From: Tubulanus polymorphus
Lineage: Eukaryota > Animalia > Nemertea
Direction of reading: 5' to 3'
DNA: 64,000 bases
Assembly: GCF_964204645.1 (NCBI RefSeq)
Contig: NC_134026.1
Location: forward strand, 13,142,050 to 13,206,049
Under the pieces are notes generated by a model that did no database searches, had not been told where the DNA came from, and saw nothing but the letters and a program-made list of their open reading frames with translations. This document shows positions 1-14,299 of the stretch, in pieces (position 1 is the stretch's first letter; every line of letters begins with the position of its first letter). The translations under genes were made by a program, and so were the position numbers.

Positions 1-946
1 GCTTACAGCGGGTGCCGTGGAACTTTTGTTGGATTCTGACTCCGATTTGGAATTGAATGAGGACCCTGATACACGTCATCGAACACAGACGATCAAGAAC
101 CCGATGAAGGGGATATTAACGACGGAACCGTGAGTTATAGCGCTGATATGTCGTCAAGTAGTGATAGCGATAACGGCCGCGCCGGCGCGCTATCCCACAA
201 TGTTGTTCCTTGAGCTCGTGGTCGTGGCAGCGGTCGTGGCAGGCCAGGCCTACCTTAAGCCCGGCGCACACGAGGCAATTTTCAGTCGCCGGTTGCTGCG
301 ACCGATTTTTGAGCAAACGTTGAGCAATCGTGTCGCCCGAGTTCTACCACTGGAGACGGAGAGGCAAAGCAAGAAAGCACAAGAAAGTGTTTTTCTACTT
401 ATTAGAAATCCCAATACACAATGCATACATTGTTCATAAGCTGAAGAATAATTATCTAGAAAAGACACTTCTGTCCTTTCAAATGAAAATCATCAGAAAG
501 TTGTGTCACGCCGATGACCCAGGAGACATAAACTCGTCTTCCGAAGATGAAGACCCTGCTCCACCCCCTGCTAGGATCCAAAAAACATGATCCTATAACT
601 AGGTTACATTGGGATACAACAGACACCACATGGAAATATTTCCAGCTACAGAAAAAAGGAAATAACCCCAAAGAGCTTGTCGTGTTTGTAAAAAACGTGG
701 AATTCGCCAGGACACAAGATACTACTGTTCCACCTGTGGAGTCCCCCTGTGTACAAAGAAGTGCTTTGTGGATTATCATTCAAAGAAGCAGATCTAACAT
801 GTAGAAGATACAAAAAACAACAATGAAAATTTCATGTAAGTACCTTTATTCTTTCTACTTTTTCTAGGCCCATGAAAATAGGTAAAATTGGGGAAATGTC
901 TGGCCCCGGGGGGACAATCACACATATTGGCCCGGCACTGAAAGTG
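1..946 (+). mobile_element. Internally deleted, degenerate piggyBac transposon (3' part plus right end)
   Basis: Frameshifted transposase C-terminus KKVFFYLLEIPIHNAYIV. Cys-rich domain RACRVCKKRGIRQDTRYYCSTCGVPLCTKKCFVDYH (672-797). Ends ...CACTGAAAGTG|TTAA (947-950). An acidic N-terminal-like stretch abuts the C-terminus, so the catalytic core is missing. Confidence 0.85.
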
Positions 947-1041
947 TTAAGGTACACCTTCAGTTTTCATCAAAGGATTGTGTACACCCTTATGAAAAAA
1001 ATTATATGTAGCACTGATAAGCATATCAGTCATTATGTTAA

Positions 1042-1634
1042 CCCTTTAACCGGCAATCGGTCGCTAGCGACCGATTTGAATAGACAAGCTATAGTGAATA
1101 GAATAGTCAAGTATTGATTTCAGTGAAGCATTATAACTCATTTTCCTATTGGTAGATGGCAACACCAGACGGCCTTCAATGTCTAACAAGGTTGGAAAGT
1201 GATATATCATACATTTGGCATGTAGAAGGGGGTATGGAAACCATGTGTCACGTGGGTCAGATTTCCAAAATTGAGAATATCGTTAGTAGTAATGGCCAAT
1301 GCACTCAAGACGTTCTCTAGTGAGTTTGGCTGATATTTTGGACATAGTAATGAAAGATTCTGATGATAATTCATATTGGGATGAATCTCATGACAGTTTT
1401 TTATTATTGGTGGCCCAAAAATCTGGATGACCTTGGGATCTGTGACCTTGGGATCAGACCCTGAATGTAACCCCCAAAGTTCGCAAACATGGTATCATTT
1501 GAAAGCTTGTGAAAAGAGCTTTCATAAAAAACATACAGTATGGGGTTATCCCTCATATCAACTGAGTTATTAAGTTTTCCCCTTGCAAGGTCCAAAATCA
1601 CTCACAGGCCGAAAAATACTTGCCGGTTAAAGGG
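1042..1634. mobile_element. Non-autonomous piggyBac MITE
   Basis: TIR CCCTTTAACCGGCAA / TTGCCGGTTAAAGGG, with TTAA on both sides (1038-1041, 1635-1638). Confidence 0.92.
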
Positions 1635-1638
1635 TTAA

Positions 1639-1850
1639 TATCAACCCTAATGAGCATACAATAATAGCTGGAGACTTTAATTGTATAGAAAGTCCCATAG
1701 ATCATGATTCAACATCTGTCATTTCATCAATACGAAGTGGTTCAGAACAATTAGCCAATTTATGTCAACAAAACAGATTAGCAGACACTTACAGACTTAA
1801 AAACCCAGACACACCAGCTTTCTCTCGAGTAGCAAAATGCAATTACAATG
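1639..1850 (+). pseudogene. LINE (L1/Tx1-like) APE endonuclease fragment
   Basis: Translation contains HTIIAGDFNCIESPID...LADTYRLKNPDTPAFS, typical APE motifs. Confidence 0.7.
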
Positions 1851-1889
1851 TCATTAAAACAAGAATAAAAATCCACAAACCCTGGCATG

Positions 1890-2085
1890 TAACTGGCTAG
1901 GTAAATGCAAAGACCATGGTACCCCAAGACCTTTAAGTGCGATTCTTAGCACCACCACAGAAAAAGAAAGAATTTTGCAGGCCTTCTTTAAATTAAGTAA
2001 ACACAAAGATTGTGAACTTAAGAGCATAGGAATAACGCCGAATTGGACGCAGGGACAAAGGCGGCAACACAAACAACAAAAAATT
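1890..2085 (+). pseudogene. LINE (CR1/L2-type) ORF1 fragment
   Basis: LGKCKDHGTPRPLSAILSTTTEKERILQAFFKL...IGITPNWTQGQR resembles the RLG..PRP....IL......I.PD.T..QR ORF1 signature. Confidence 0.55.
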
Positions 2086-2399
2086 GTTAAAGAAGCATGT
2101 CATATCATCAACAAAAGTCTGAGAGATGAAGAAGGTAGCACTAACGAACAAAGAATTGGAGAAAAAGCCAGGAATAAATATATTAAGACACGTTGTCAGG
2201 TATCAACCAGACGTTGCATCAGATGATGAATAGATTGACATTAACAAAAGTGAAACAACGAGCAGCTCTTCAGCCGAGGAGTCTGAATATACAGCTATAA
2301 CTTTGCCATCCACACCACAGAACAATCAGCGAAACTTAAATGATATGATATACGATATACGATATGATAATATCAACAAATTATCTATGTGTAAGTGCC

Positions 2400-2609
2400 T
2401 TGAAATTAAAAATACAGTTTCAGGTGACCTTGGCATTTGATCTAGAGCACCCAAAATCTAATCAGTCCCTAAACTCAGCTAGTACAACACAATTTTTGAA
2501 TTACAGGAAAGGGTTAAGGTGCAAGGGCATGAAAACCACTGCAGACAGACGGACGAATGGATGAGAAAGTGAATACAGTATGCCCCAAGGCCTTGTGAGG
2601 GCACAAAAG
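2400..2609 (+). mobile_element. 3' end of a Helentron-associated (HINE-like) element, same family as 22955-23755
   Basis: GTGACCTTG...CCAAAATCTAATCAG unit, GACG-type microsatellite, terminal stem TGCCC...GGGCA followed by an A-run. Confidence 0.65.
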
Positions 2610-2793
2610 AACAAAAGCTGCTGTATCACAACTCCAATAAACAGACTATCAGTCAAGTAGACGAAAAAACTTGACTCTGCCTCTGGTTTACCCCTAACTC
2701 TATAACGGGAGCATTATAACCCCAAAAATTGGTACATGTTAATTAGCAGATCATGTTATGCCGAGAAAAATAAATATCAAACAAGCGACTTAC

Positions 2794-2892
2794 AATTCCT
2801 CTAAGTGATGATTCGAACATGTCAGTGTATGGAGAATCAGTCTCAGAAATTGTTGTTTTAGTTGAGAATTCAAGTCTTGGTGAAATTCCAAA
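2794..2892 (-). CDS. SPATA6: SPATA6-family gene, coding exon (FGISPRLEFSTKTTISETDSPYTDMFESSLRGI)
   Basis: Pyrimidine-rich acceptor ...catttcag, donor gtaagt, 99 nt, phase 0/0. Matches the SPATA6 motif G.APRLEFST...I.E as recalled from the human protein. Confidence 0.88.
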
Positions 2893-4202
2893 CTGAAATG
2901 CAAATGGAAATGAAAACTTAACATTATACTTATACATGTTCACCTTACCCAGCTAGCACACAAAAAGCTTGTATACGCGTCATTTGCCCTCGTCTATATG
3001 GTGGCCATCACAGCTAGTTGTATTTGTTTGGTGAACACGCAAGTGTTGTAGAGGTACAACATTTGCGATGGCCAATAATAATCGCAAATGAACGCTACCA
3101 GTGAATTTGTATTCATAGAACTCCTCATGAGGTCTGTTGTATAATCAATCGTTTGCGCCTCAGTTGCATCTGATGGTTGCGCGAACACGAATCATACATG
3201 CGCTAGACAGCAGGCTGGTGAATAGTGCTGCGCGTGTAGTTAGCCTCTATTATGCAGTGTAGTGTATTGAAAAATTAATGTATGCAGGGCTTTCAAAATA
3301 TGTCGTCGGCCGTCGCATACGACTGTTGGTAAGAATCCTGCGACTGCTATGAAATATCCCGTCTGAAATCAATGATAGTATAAAAGCTGTGATCAGTGGT
3401 TATATTTAAATGTACTGTAATCTGTAATCCGTAGTAATACGTCACAGTATCGGATATCAACGGGTAGGGGAGAGCGCAAGTTAGGTTAATTTTTGCTGAG
3501 CTGGGCGTCAAACTGCTCAGTTGTACCAGAGCAGATGATATTTACTGTAGTCAGAGTGCATCGTGTGAAAAAGTGCCTCAGACGCGTGGCCTAGTTTAAG
3601 TTTCCAGGAAATAGGCTGCCTTCCAAACTACTGCCAATCATTCTAGCGACTGCCAGTGTTTAAGGAGTAGTGTATATTCGATGAATTATTTCCTTTCAAC
3701 AAATCGTTGATGCTCCGAATCTTGTTATCCAGGAAGAAAGACACTCTAAATATTTGGATGGATATATGAAAGCTGTGGGTACTGGAGTGTGTAATGAGTA
3801 GTGTAGTGTGATCTGTGTGCATTTGTGGCCAGCACACAGATCACATAGTTCAATGGGGTTTGGGGTTATTTCAACAACACAGAAGTAACGTGTAATAAAT
3901 GATGACTTGAATTGCATGACTACCTACCACCCCTCATTATTGTTGGAAAACTAAACGTTCGGCACTGACTAAAAATTAGTAATAACATTTTAGAAATGGC
4001 CAGAATTTTAACTTAGGTTCTATCTCATTTTTATTTTACAATTTCGATTGGTATAATTTTTTTCTAAACGGCCGTTAAGGCTTCATGTTTCGTCTGCAAT
4101 TCACTGCAAATAGTTACGCAACTACGCACATTTCCGTGTTTTTGGCAGCTGTACACTCAATCGGCACCGTTCGTGACTAGCTTCACTGAGGAATTATCAT
4201 TA

Positions 4203-4854
4203 CCGTATTTTCCGGTGTATAAGTCGAGTTTTTGAGACCAAAAATCATGTCCAAAAAACGTAGGTCGACTTATACACCGGCTACACTTTCGATATCGTTT
4301 TAAACTGACGATCTTTAGAGTTCAAGGTCGCCATGATGAAATGGAATATTAATTTATGTTAGGCTACACTCATATACCAATTAGAATTTAGGATGTTGAT
4401 AACAATAGTTTCTTATAGTTTGGAAATGTTTCAGAATTAACTAATGTTTAAAATCAAAAGATAAAGAAAACTGCGTATATTCATTGTACAGTGTTTATAC
4501 GCGATGCTGTGGCAGCGTGCCAATAATCAATACACAGTCAGTCTAATACTAGACTACAGGCGCGCGGCATTCAACGTATACACTAGACATTCAACACGTG
4601 GATACAAACAATGAGCACTAATCCGGTAATTTAATATTAGAAACAACAGATCCCAATGATTTAATAATGCAAACAGTGGTAAAGACTCTCAACTACTATG
4701 AGAATGACATTGGCACTGTTTTCAATTTGACATATGTAAACACATGAAGAAGCGACTCGACTTATACACCGACTATAGACCTAGCACAACTTTTTAAACT
4801 GAAAATTTGACCTCGACTTATACACCGGGTCGACTTGTACACCGGAAAATACGG
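4203..4854. mobile_element. pogo/mariner-type MITE
   Basis: 25-bp TIR CCGTATTTTCCGGTGTATAAGTCGA (1 mismatch), TA on both sides, subterminal TCGACTTATACACCG repeats. Confidence 0.92.
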
Positions 4855-7139
4855 TAATTAACATCGCCATATCACATCATCAACTTATATTGTGCCTTAA
4901 AACCCTAACAGCCGAAATAATTGAAATGCCCACACAATTTCTATCATTGAAAATTCAGAGAGTGGCCATTTTTGTGTTTGCTGCTTCGCGTAATCCCGCG
5001 CGGTGGCGCAACCGCGGGGAATGGGGCCGATACGTCTAGACTATTAGACAAATTTCATATGGCAAAAGGTGACAAATTTGTTTGGTGAACACGCTGAGAC
5101 AATTAGTTTGGGTAGCCTTACAGCAATAGCAGGTGTTCTTGAGCTGGCTGCTTGACCAATCAACAGTTACACATTGCCATTACTGCAGTTACTTACACTA
5201 GCAAATCAATAAATTAGATATTTCCAAAAATGAAAATATGCAATTTCATGTATACACTATTCCTGGCTTTTTTCACTATTATTGTACTTTTTTTAGATAT
5301 AGAATCTGATTTAAGCATGTCCATGAAATTTTCAAGAAATAAGCTTTCGTAACCTCGAGATAACTAAATATAAGATAACTAAATATTTCTGTGATAACAA
5401 GCACTGTGTCAGTGGTGGGGGAAGATTTTGCAACTGCTAGACTTGCAACTGGTGTTTCAAATCATTTTGAAAGCCCTGTGCATCTGGTTGCTAGGCATTG
5501 AGACTTGAACATGTACATGCGATGTTGTTAGAACAGGCCTATATTGTGTTGGATGGGTACCAACTCCTGAATCGCTGGCATTGGTGAAACCACTTGGATT
5601 TTGTTTATGATTTGGAATATCAATATACATTTTAGGCTTTTCTTTAGCAAAGTTAATGATTCCACACTGGAATATATGCCATCTTGAGGATGAATTATTG
5701 TTCTTATTTCTGATACAAGCCTATACGTGTGATTTTTCGCAGGGATCCATGTCACAATTGATATTGAATGAATAAAACCAGTATCAATGACCGACCCTAG
5801 TCAGTAACCTGTCTGTGGTTTAGTTTCACTATCAAATAATTTTTACAAACCACTGTTAGGAAAGGTAACGTCATTTTTCAATGAAATTTTCGGGAGTATA
5901 ATTTACTCCCAAAATATTTTCCTGTCATTTTGTTGTGTTTTGAAACCAGAAAATTTTCTTTTTCTGTAGAGTCTAGAATAGGTTAAGTTCTTGGGATAAT
6001 TCGGTTTTGAGTCCTCAGTAGTTGAGCCGGTTTTATTTCTCCTTCATTTTCTGGAACTCTTGCAGGTTCTTGTGTCATAGGGACAATGGTATGGTTATCA
6101 TCTTCCTTACTTCTGCTGCAGCACCTTCACAGTAGTTAGGTTTATCGTTGTTCTCGTGAACTTCCATAACATAAGTTTTGATGCTTGTTTGTGATGTCAT
6201 AACTCAATGAAGTATATGTATGAAATACATCATTATTATATTATTATCGTTATTATTATCGTTATTATATTATTATCGTTTTCTGACTTTCGTCGAAAAC
6301 CATCTTGTAATTCTGTTGATTATTACTATTTACATATTTTCCACTTTTTTTCATCGCATAAAATTCATCTCTCGGATTCCACAACTAACAGCTACTGAAC
6401 GGAATGTTGAATTCTGATAGAAATAAAACAGACTTTCTCTCCGCGTAGATTCTATCAATGCACTGTCCATCCTATTTTAACCCTAAAATTACTTTCAGAC
6501 AGCTAACACCGGCGGAAATATACTACGCCGGTGATCGGCTATCAGTATGTCCCTTCAGGTGTTCCGTACTCCAGCATACAGTATACCTGAATGTGTCGAT
6601 GAAACAATTCAATGAAACGATAATACATCGATGAAACGATAATACGTCCAAGGAATGCTACGATATCGGGTCCAAGTCCATGAGTTTACAAGGCCGGCGC
6701 TCGTGAGTCGGACAGGTTTACAGGCATTTATTTGTTGTTACCTCTTCTATATTATTGATTTCCTGTTATTCCGGTTATTTCATTTAAATATATTCCTGAT
6801 CTGTTCATGTAAAGAAAAGCACCAATAAATACATTTTGAATTGATCAAGTTTAAATCAAGGTCGTTGAGTTCCGGGTGGCTACTAGAATTACGTCCGACT
6901 ACATTCAGAGAGAAAAGAAACAACAGAAAAGTATCACGTGATAATCGATAGGCTACTACTACGGAACACACAGTTGACAAACAGTGTTAGGCCTGTGTCG
7001 GTTGGTGCATACTGGGACTAAAATATACTGGTTGGTCAGAGTTGGTTCGGTTGTGAGAAGTGTGGAAACTAAAAGAAACCTACCGGTATTTATTTGTCTA
7101 TAGGCCTATTATAGTAGCCAATACCATTTTAAGTAGGAA

Positions 7140-7473
7140 GTTGTTACCCGTACGTGATTGTACGGTGATCTCCACAGGTTAGCCGTACGTGAGTTCCCTC
7201 TGCGCATGCGTCAATAATCTACGTGTACGCGCTTGCGTCAAAGAATAGGGATAGGGTAGGGTTAGGCGAGGATATATGTAAATAAATTTATCAACCCTGC
7301 AGTTGATAAATGTGGCTCAGTGGGTAAATCACTGGACTAGCGCCAGATTTTTTTTTCATTTGGTTTCGAATCCCAATATTACAAGTCAGAATTCTACTGC
7401 ATTGCGCATGCGTCAACGTGCTTATATAGGCTAATCTGTGGAAATTACTGTAGATTCATGTATGGGTAACAAC
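7140..7473. mobile_element. MITE with ~50-bp degenerate TIRs and an internal tRNA-like A/B-box segment
   Basis: GTTGTTACCCGTACGTGA..CCACAGGTTAGCC vs GGCTAATCTGTGG..TCATGTATGGGTAACAAC. Internal TGGCTCAGTGG and GGTTTCGAATCCC. Confidence 0.65.
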
Positions 7474-7668
7474 AGCGTTTTAAGTTTTGTTTAAGCTACC
7501 ATGCCTACGTACTAGAAACACAACTTATTCGCTCTCGTTGGCCCTACACTGATGTTACTATACAGGTGTCATTATAACATGGATAGGATTGGGTCAGGAC
7601 TAGCCTAAATTCAAATTCAGTATATTGACTTTTCTCTCGATATTATTACAACAATGCAATAGGCCTAA

Positions 7669-8083
7669 AGGTAGGGACACAGGTAGGGATTTTTTTGCCC
7701 GATCGCGGCAAATTTATAAATCGGATGAAAAATTCGCTCGGCGACGACGTGTGGCGACGACGACGTTTTCGTCAGCCAACTCGATCGCCCGTATCATACA
7801 TGTCTAATATTTTCAGCCGATTATTTACGCCGGCGATCGGATCGCCCGCAAATTCGCTCGTCTGCCCGCACGCGGCGAATTTCACTGAGCGATCCATTTT
7901 CATCAACCAATAGGATGCATTGTTGATATCATGTGATTTGTTAACTCTCTTCCACTAAGTGCCTGTCACTGACCGAATTTCGGTTTCATCGCTACATGTG
8001 CCCACTCGTATCGGGCGTATAAATTCAGCGACAAATTAAATCGTCGCGATTGGGCGAAAAAATACGCTTGTGTGTCCCTACCT
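7669..8083. mobile_element. PIF/Harbinger-type MITE
   Basis: TIR AGGTAGGGACACA / TGTGTCCCTACCT, with TAA on both sides. Confidence 0.85.
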
Positions 8084-9968
8084 TAAAGTATTCACAGACA
8101 GAAAGGCTAATTGAGCCATGTGATTAAATTTTGCTCAGGCCTTGTCTGCTGACCTGACATTTATAGTCAAACCTAGATCCAAAACGTTCATGTGATGACG
8201 GCTTGTATACAAGAAAACAAGAAATCATGTAGGCCTGTACATTTTGCTGTACGGTACGTGGGTTTGGTATACCGATTTCTCCAATCTCGACAGATGAGTG
8301 TACGGTACAGCTGAACGAATTGTACCAATGGGAATAGGGCCTATTGATTGGGCTTATTATTTCCTGCTTTAGAATATTGAAATAAGGCAATTTTCATTCA
8401 AATATCCAACATCGGTGGAAGTTTGAATACTGTATACATGAATATAGGTTTTCATGTTCAATGAATATTTTGCACTTCATGGGTATATGCCAATTCCAAT
8501 GTCAAACGCATGAAGATAAATGGTCAAGGGCAGTCAGTCAACACTAACTTTCTTCGACCGATGTTGCATCATACCATATACGGTCTGATTCTTTCAACTC
8601 AAGCAAAGCGATCAACACAATCGACATAACACTGGAATAGTTTGCAGTGACTAACAGTTTACTAACTAGTGGAATAGGTTTGATATTTACGCACGTGTTG
8701 CAAGGTTGAAATTGTTTATCAGTATAGAATTAGTAATCCATAAAAGCCAAAATCAACATCAGGCCAATACCCAGACCAAAGCTATTCATAATCTATCGAT
8801 TGAATCTACAATACAATATATGTATTTATTCAAATATTTCAATAAAAATATTAATTCCTTGAAATCTATTCTAAATCCTAATACGTTCTAATATCAGTAA
8901 ATGTATGCAACACCTATTGACTCAGCAGATTCTTAAGATGAGTTTCTTAATAGAACCGATCCATTTTTTTAGCGTGGTGATACAAAATAAATGCTTGGTC
9001 TAATCAATTCATATATATTGATTTTACGTCCACGTAAGTTTGGTTTCAAAGCTGAATCACATTAGACATTTACAGAGTGGTTGTATATTAGGTTAGAATC
9101 TGTCAATACATTATATTTTATGTATCAGCATTTAAATTTTCAATAATTCAACCTGAATGGCATGGTGCGGATATGCAGAAAACCCGTTATCGCTGCCTTG
9201 CAGCTATATTTATTATTATTATTACCTTTACTTATGTATCTATCACCCCATATCTCCTAGGTCTGTGGACCCTTGGACTCGTGGAACCTCCACCCAGCAT
9301 TATTTATGTACTTGTATATCTATTAAACGTAACTTTATATATCCTAGACCTGTCGACCATTGGACTCGTGGATCCGCCGGTATTTGTGTATCTATTTAAT
9401 CTAATATCTGTTAGACCCGTGGACCCTTGGTTTCGTGGATCTATTGGCCCAGTTATGAAGTTTTAGGTGAATGGAATAAGGACAGTTAATACAAATGTAT
9501 ACAGCTGTATCCTATCAACATCTGACAGTCTTATACAGGTGCTATTGTACATACTACAATCATACTATGATTTTTTTCTCTGAAGGTTATCCAAAAACCT
9601 TAGCTAGGCCTGCTCCCTTTCCGCTGAAAATATATTTGTGATCGACTTATGATGCATCTATAACATCAAAATAATGATGTTCATATAGCTCTATTGTTCA
9701 TTCTATAGTTCAAATAGCCCCAGAGACTTCGAAATGCAATCTTCATAAAAAAATATCTCCGGGAAAAAACAGGCACAAATTTTTTCCCGTGTTATAGGAC
9801 CCTAATTACTCGTCACTCAGATATTAGTACCAATTTAAATAATGGCTTTTCTCCCAACAATTCCATTACTCCATGCCTTGCCAAACACTAATTAGTTACT
9901 CACTCACCAATTTACTCAATTAACCTGTTCTCCTCTTTATATATACCCCTGTTTTTAGTCAATATCTC

Positions 9969-10009
9969 ACACCTGACGATGATCTCTAGTGTGAGATTGA
10001 ACGTCGTGT
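9969..10009 (+). ncRNA. Degenerate minimal type I hammerhead ribozyme motif (PLE-like remnant)
   Basis: ACAC-CTGACGA-T-GATCTC-tagtgt-GAGATT-GAA-C-GTC-GTGT. Stem I, core and stem II are present; one A is missing from GAAA. AATAAA follows downstream. Confidence 0.65.
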
Positions 10010-11384
10010 TCTTAAATTTTAGATTGTTTCAATAAATAATTCTCGATTTTAGATTTCTTTGAATTTTTGAATAGTGGGTTTTTATCTTACGTCTGATAAT
10101 ATCATCATTTTTTATGCATGTTGCTTGCTAAAAGTCACGAATTATGTCATCTTATATGTACGCAGCTTAGTAAAAGTCACAGATTATTCAAGATGAATGT
10201 TGGGAAAAACAACACCGAAAATTTGAAATTTTGAAATGATTTAAGCTTTTCAAAATCAGGATATTGAAGTATTTTATTAAATTTATTTAGGAGGGACATT
10301 TGCCTAGAGGAGATTTTTACCGGTGGGGGAGGGGGGGGGGTGGGTATTTACTGGGGGATTTTTCCGAATATAAACCATTTTAGTGGCAAAAATAATCAAA
10401 AATAATGTTGACCTATACATGAAAAAGCTGCATTTCTTCCAATTAAATTTTCATTAAATTATTGCCATGAAATAAAGGCAATTTCGATTAATCTTAAAAC
10501 TTTAAAACTTATCACATCATACAAACAGATTTAGCTCGATGGTTATCGGTTAGAGTTTTATCGCTCATATATTTCACATTGTCAGAAAAGTGGATGAGGG
10601 CCTGGCCCCATGTCTATGTATTGTTCTCTGAATCCAAGAACATGTCTATCGCACATTTGAGCCTAAACGTCTACTTTTATTTAGTAGCCACTTAAGATTT
10701 GCGGTGATATGTGAAAACATAACACACTGAGAACTAGTGGAAAATTCTATTCTCACGCTATAGTTTGGGGTATAGTTGTATTTTGAGTGACTCAGTTAAG
10801 CTCTGAAGATAGTCTAACCACTAAAAATCGAGATTGGAGTAAATTAGTTTACAAATTGTCATTGGTTATGGAGTTTTACGATGAATCGAAATTTCCTTCT
10901 TTTTATGGCGATATTAGTTTAATGAAGAATTCGATTTCAACAAATGCAGCTATTTTCAAGCATGTCTGCATTCATATTTTGATTTAATTTTTAAATTAGA
11001 AGCGTAATCATAAATTCAGGCTAACCTCTCATTATTGGAATGGTGGTTTATTTTCAACGGGGGTCTGGATGTCTTTGCATCATAAATTAAGAAGTGCATT
11101 TTGGAGTGTTCGAACCTCCCATGATTTTATATTAATTTCGCTGAATCGTTGATTTAAAAAAATAAAATATGCTGTATCTATAATGGATTTATGTGGATCT
11201 ATCAATGCATTCTAAAGAAATCTTCAGAACTGAGGCCGAATTTAATAGAAATAAGAAATTTCGTATAGTATTCAAGATTTCATTTGGATAACGGTAACGG
11301 CCTTTGGTGATCTTCACCGTGGGGTCATGAATGAAGAAATACCGTAATAGAACTCTTAATATGATAACATGTGTTGAGATGAAA

Positions 11385-11426
11385 CCGCAACGTTTTGACT
11401 GTTGACTAACAGCCATCATCAGGTGG
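11385..11426 (-). ncRNA. Degenerate minimal type I hammerhead ribozyme motif (PLE-like remnant)
   Basis: Minus strand CCAC-CTGATGA-T-GGCTGTT-agtc-AACAGTC-AAAA-C-GTT-GCGG. Both defects (GAAA>AAAA, CCGC>CCAC) are consistent with CpG decay. Confidence 0.7.
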
Positions 11427-14299
11427 AATGTAGACATTCCAGTGATTTGAGCTTTAAGTCAGATGGCAGTCACTGAAAATCCGAACGTTGTTGTGGTTTA
11501 ATTTTGATAATTAAATGTCATCGTATAAAATTTTATTGCGGAATTTCTTCATTTATCGGATTAGTGTTCTATTCGACTACTTCGGGTCATGTAGTCGTTT
11601 AGATAGACAATTATTTACTTGTCGCCACGGAAGGTATATGCAACCGTGTCAGTCGCTATGGGAGAGATTCTCTGTATATCGGCATCTTAAATCGGCACCT
11701 TTGTTAGTCCTAGCCTGCATTCACTTCCAATTTAACGTATTGGTAACTTTATTCTTACTATGAATGCACTTCTGTCGTAGAATATGGTGCCACTGATATA
11801 AAAGTAGTTTTTATTTTACGATAATTTGAGAAATTGAGTTATATTGGAAAAAAACTGATAAAGTACCTTAAAATTCAGCGATTCATTGGCATTTTATTTC
11901 ATTGGCATCTTCAAATAGAGTTTTGAGGTGCTAAGTTAAATACTATTAAAAGGTTATTATTTTTGGTGGTCAGTGCAGTTTGTTTATTCGTTCATCAATC
12001 ACTGTCTAGTTAGCCAGTGTAATTCACCTGTTGACTGATAGCTGCTGCTGGGCTTTTGATAACCTATACAAACAATTTACTCAACAAAGTAGGAAAGCAT
12101 GTGAAACTGAAATTTCAGCCTTGCATTCTTTTTCTTAGACCAGAAGAGGTATTTTTATCAAATTGGAATTATAATAACTGATTTCAAAACTACGTGAACA
12201 TCTCAACTGAATTTATTTCAGTATTTATTCAATCAATAATGATAATTGTTAGGCTTATTCTCACTAGCATACGCTCAGTAAGTAATGGGTATTAGATTAT
12301 AATATAATGCACTATTATTTTGATCTTATATTAGAAGTTGTAATATCATTTCAACCAAACTGTATAACTATGAAATGAAATTTCCGTTAAGGTATATCAA
12401 TTCTAACAAGTGATAAAAGGGTTCAATATTCATAAACGAACAAGCAGAGAACAGCGTGACAAAGTGAACATCACATGGATTACTTAAAAATTGATCGTAT
12501 CGAAATAAACAATAATTGTAGGTTAATTGTAGGTTAATTCTAAGTATTTTAGATACATTTTTTGGGAAAATTTGTTGTAGTCTTTCATCCAAGTAAAGAG
12601 ATCTAAAGACATAATCCATTTCATGAACATATGATTTTATTTGTATTTTCGTCTCTCATATATCCTTGAAGACAAATTCATTTCTACAGAATCAAAGATT
12701 TATGACAGTATGAATGCACCAGCATGTTTTATAATCGCAAATATAAAACAAAAATCATAAAATTCCAAATTAGATCTAGCACAACACTTGTTTTAACGGA
12801 TTTAATCCATAATGATGTTATATAAATCAATAGTTTTCCTATTGGTTATTCCCATTTTGTTGAGCTTGATATAATTTAGGGGGTTCTTAGCAACTCAGAA
12901 ACTAGGATTTCTATTGACAGAACTGTATTCAAAGCATACAGAGTTCTGTATACAAAGCATATGGGGTTTAACAGTACCTTTGCCCCTGTCACGTATCACT
13001 GCAAATCTTTAACAGATGTGGCTATTTTGACCAGGAAATTACCGTGCCATCTCAAAATGGTCATTTTTCACTAGTTGACTTTTAGAAATGATGTGTTTTG
13101 AGAGTAGCTATTGTGGTAGGAGTTACTATCACTAAGTCGCTGTTTACAATCGGTTGGTTACAGTCACATCTACTGCCAGTGTGCACTATCAAAATGCTAG
13201 CACACTAGCACATCAGATGTTTTACAACAGTCACTTTTCAGCAGTAGACTCTTTCAAACAGCTACTGTGGAAAACCAACTGAATTGAAACGTAGACTATT
13301 TCGGCGTCAGTTTATTTGTTATTTGTGATTACATCCAGCAGTCAAATGATTTCATTTCAATCGTTGCCTCAACTTACAATCGTCACGATTTTTTATATAT
13401 TTTTCTGTCATATCTGAAACTCGGGTCCCAAGGGCGAATCCCTATTAAAGCCGCAAGACTACATCGAAGTACCGATGACGTAAGCCGAAAGCCGTTACCG
13501 CTCTCCGCAAAATAGATTCGTTACCGTAATCCAACTGAATTTGTATAGAATATATGTAACGAAATTTATCAATGAATCGGTCAAATAAAACATTTTCTTT
13601 AGAATATGTAAAATGTGCATGGATTCAACAAGTAAACCCTCCCATCCACATTATACTTATTTTAGGCCAGGCTTCAAGTCAACAACTCGGAGAACATGCT
13701 CATGGAACACAATGAATCGAGCCCATAAACTGATCAAGTTTCTTCCATTCAGAGAAAGAGAAATCTACGTCTTTCTCTCATGGCCAAGACCCAGTAAAAC
13801 CCAGATTTTCGACCCTCTCCTCAACATAGCCCCACGAAATAAGTTTATTCATTATGTATGTAATACCATGGTTGATGAGAGTTGAATTATTTCCTCACTG
13901 CATGATGTGTGTGAATGCATGACCGTTTAACCAAACTATTTAGTATACAGTGCGTAACATAAAAAAACAGAATATATTTTGCCTGCAAATGTTGCATACG
14001 GTAAAAAAGGACATATTATGGTAATTATTAAACCTTCTGAAGTACATTTATAATTTAAGGATGGAATGTTTTCTATTTAAAGGGGAGGTCCCAGCAATGG
14101 GGTCGAAAAATTTTTATGTCACAGATTTTAATTTTCTTTGCGTTTGAAATAAAGCTTATTGAATATAGAGTGGATTCTGAAATTGTCAGACACCTGCAGT
14201 TCCCTTAAGTATTTCTAACTGATAAACAAGTTTTAGGGATTCCCGCTTAATTGAGATACTTAGATTATCTCTAGACAGCTGAAACTCATTTAAAACCAA

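Noticed and set aside
7312-7375. Functional tRNA gene
   Set aside because: No cloverleaf, and an internal T-run is present.
13471-13500. CCGATGA...CGAAAGCCGTTA as a hammerhead
   Set aside because: The core is mismatched and there is no convincing stem I or II.
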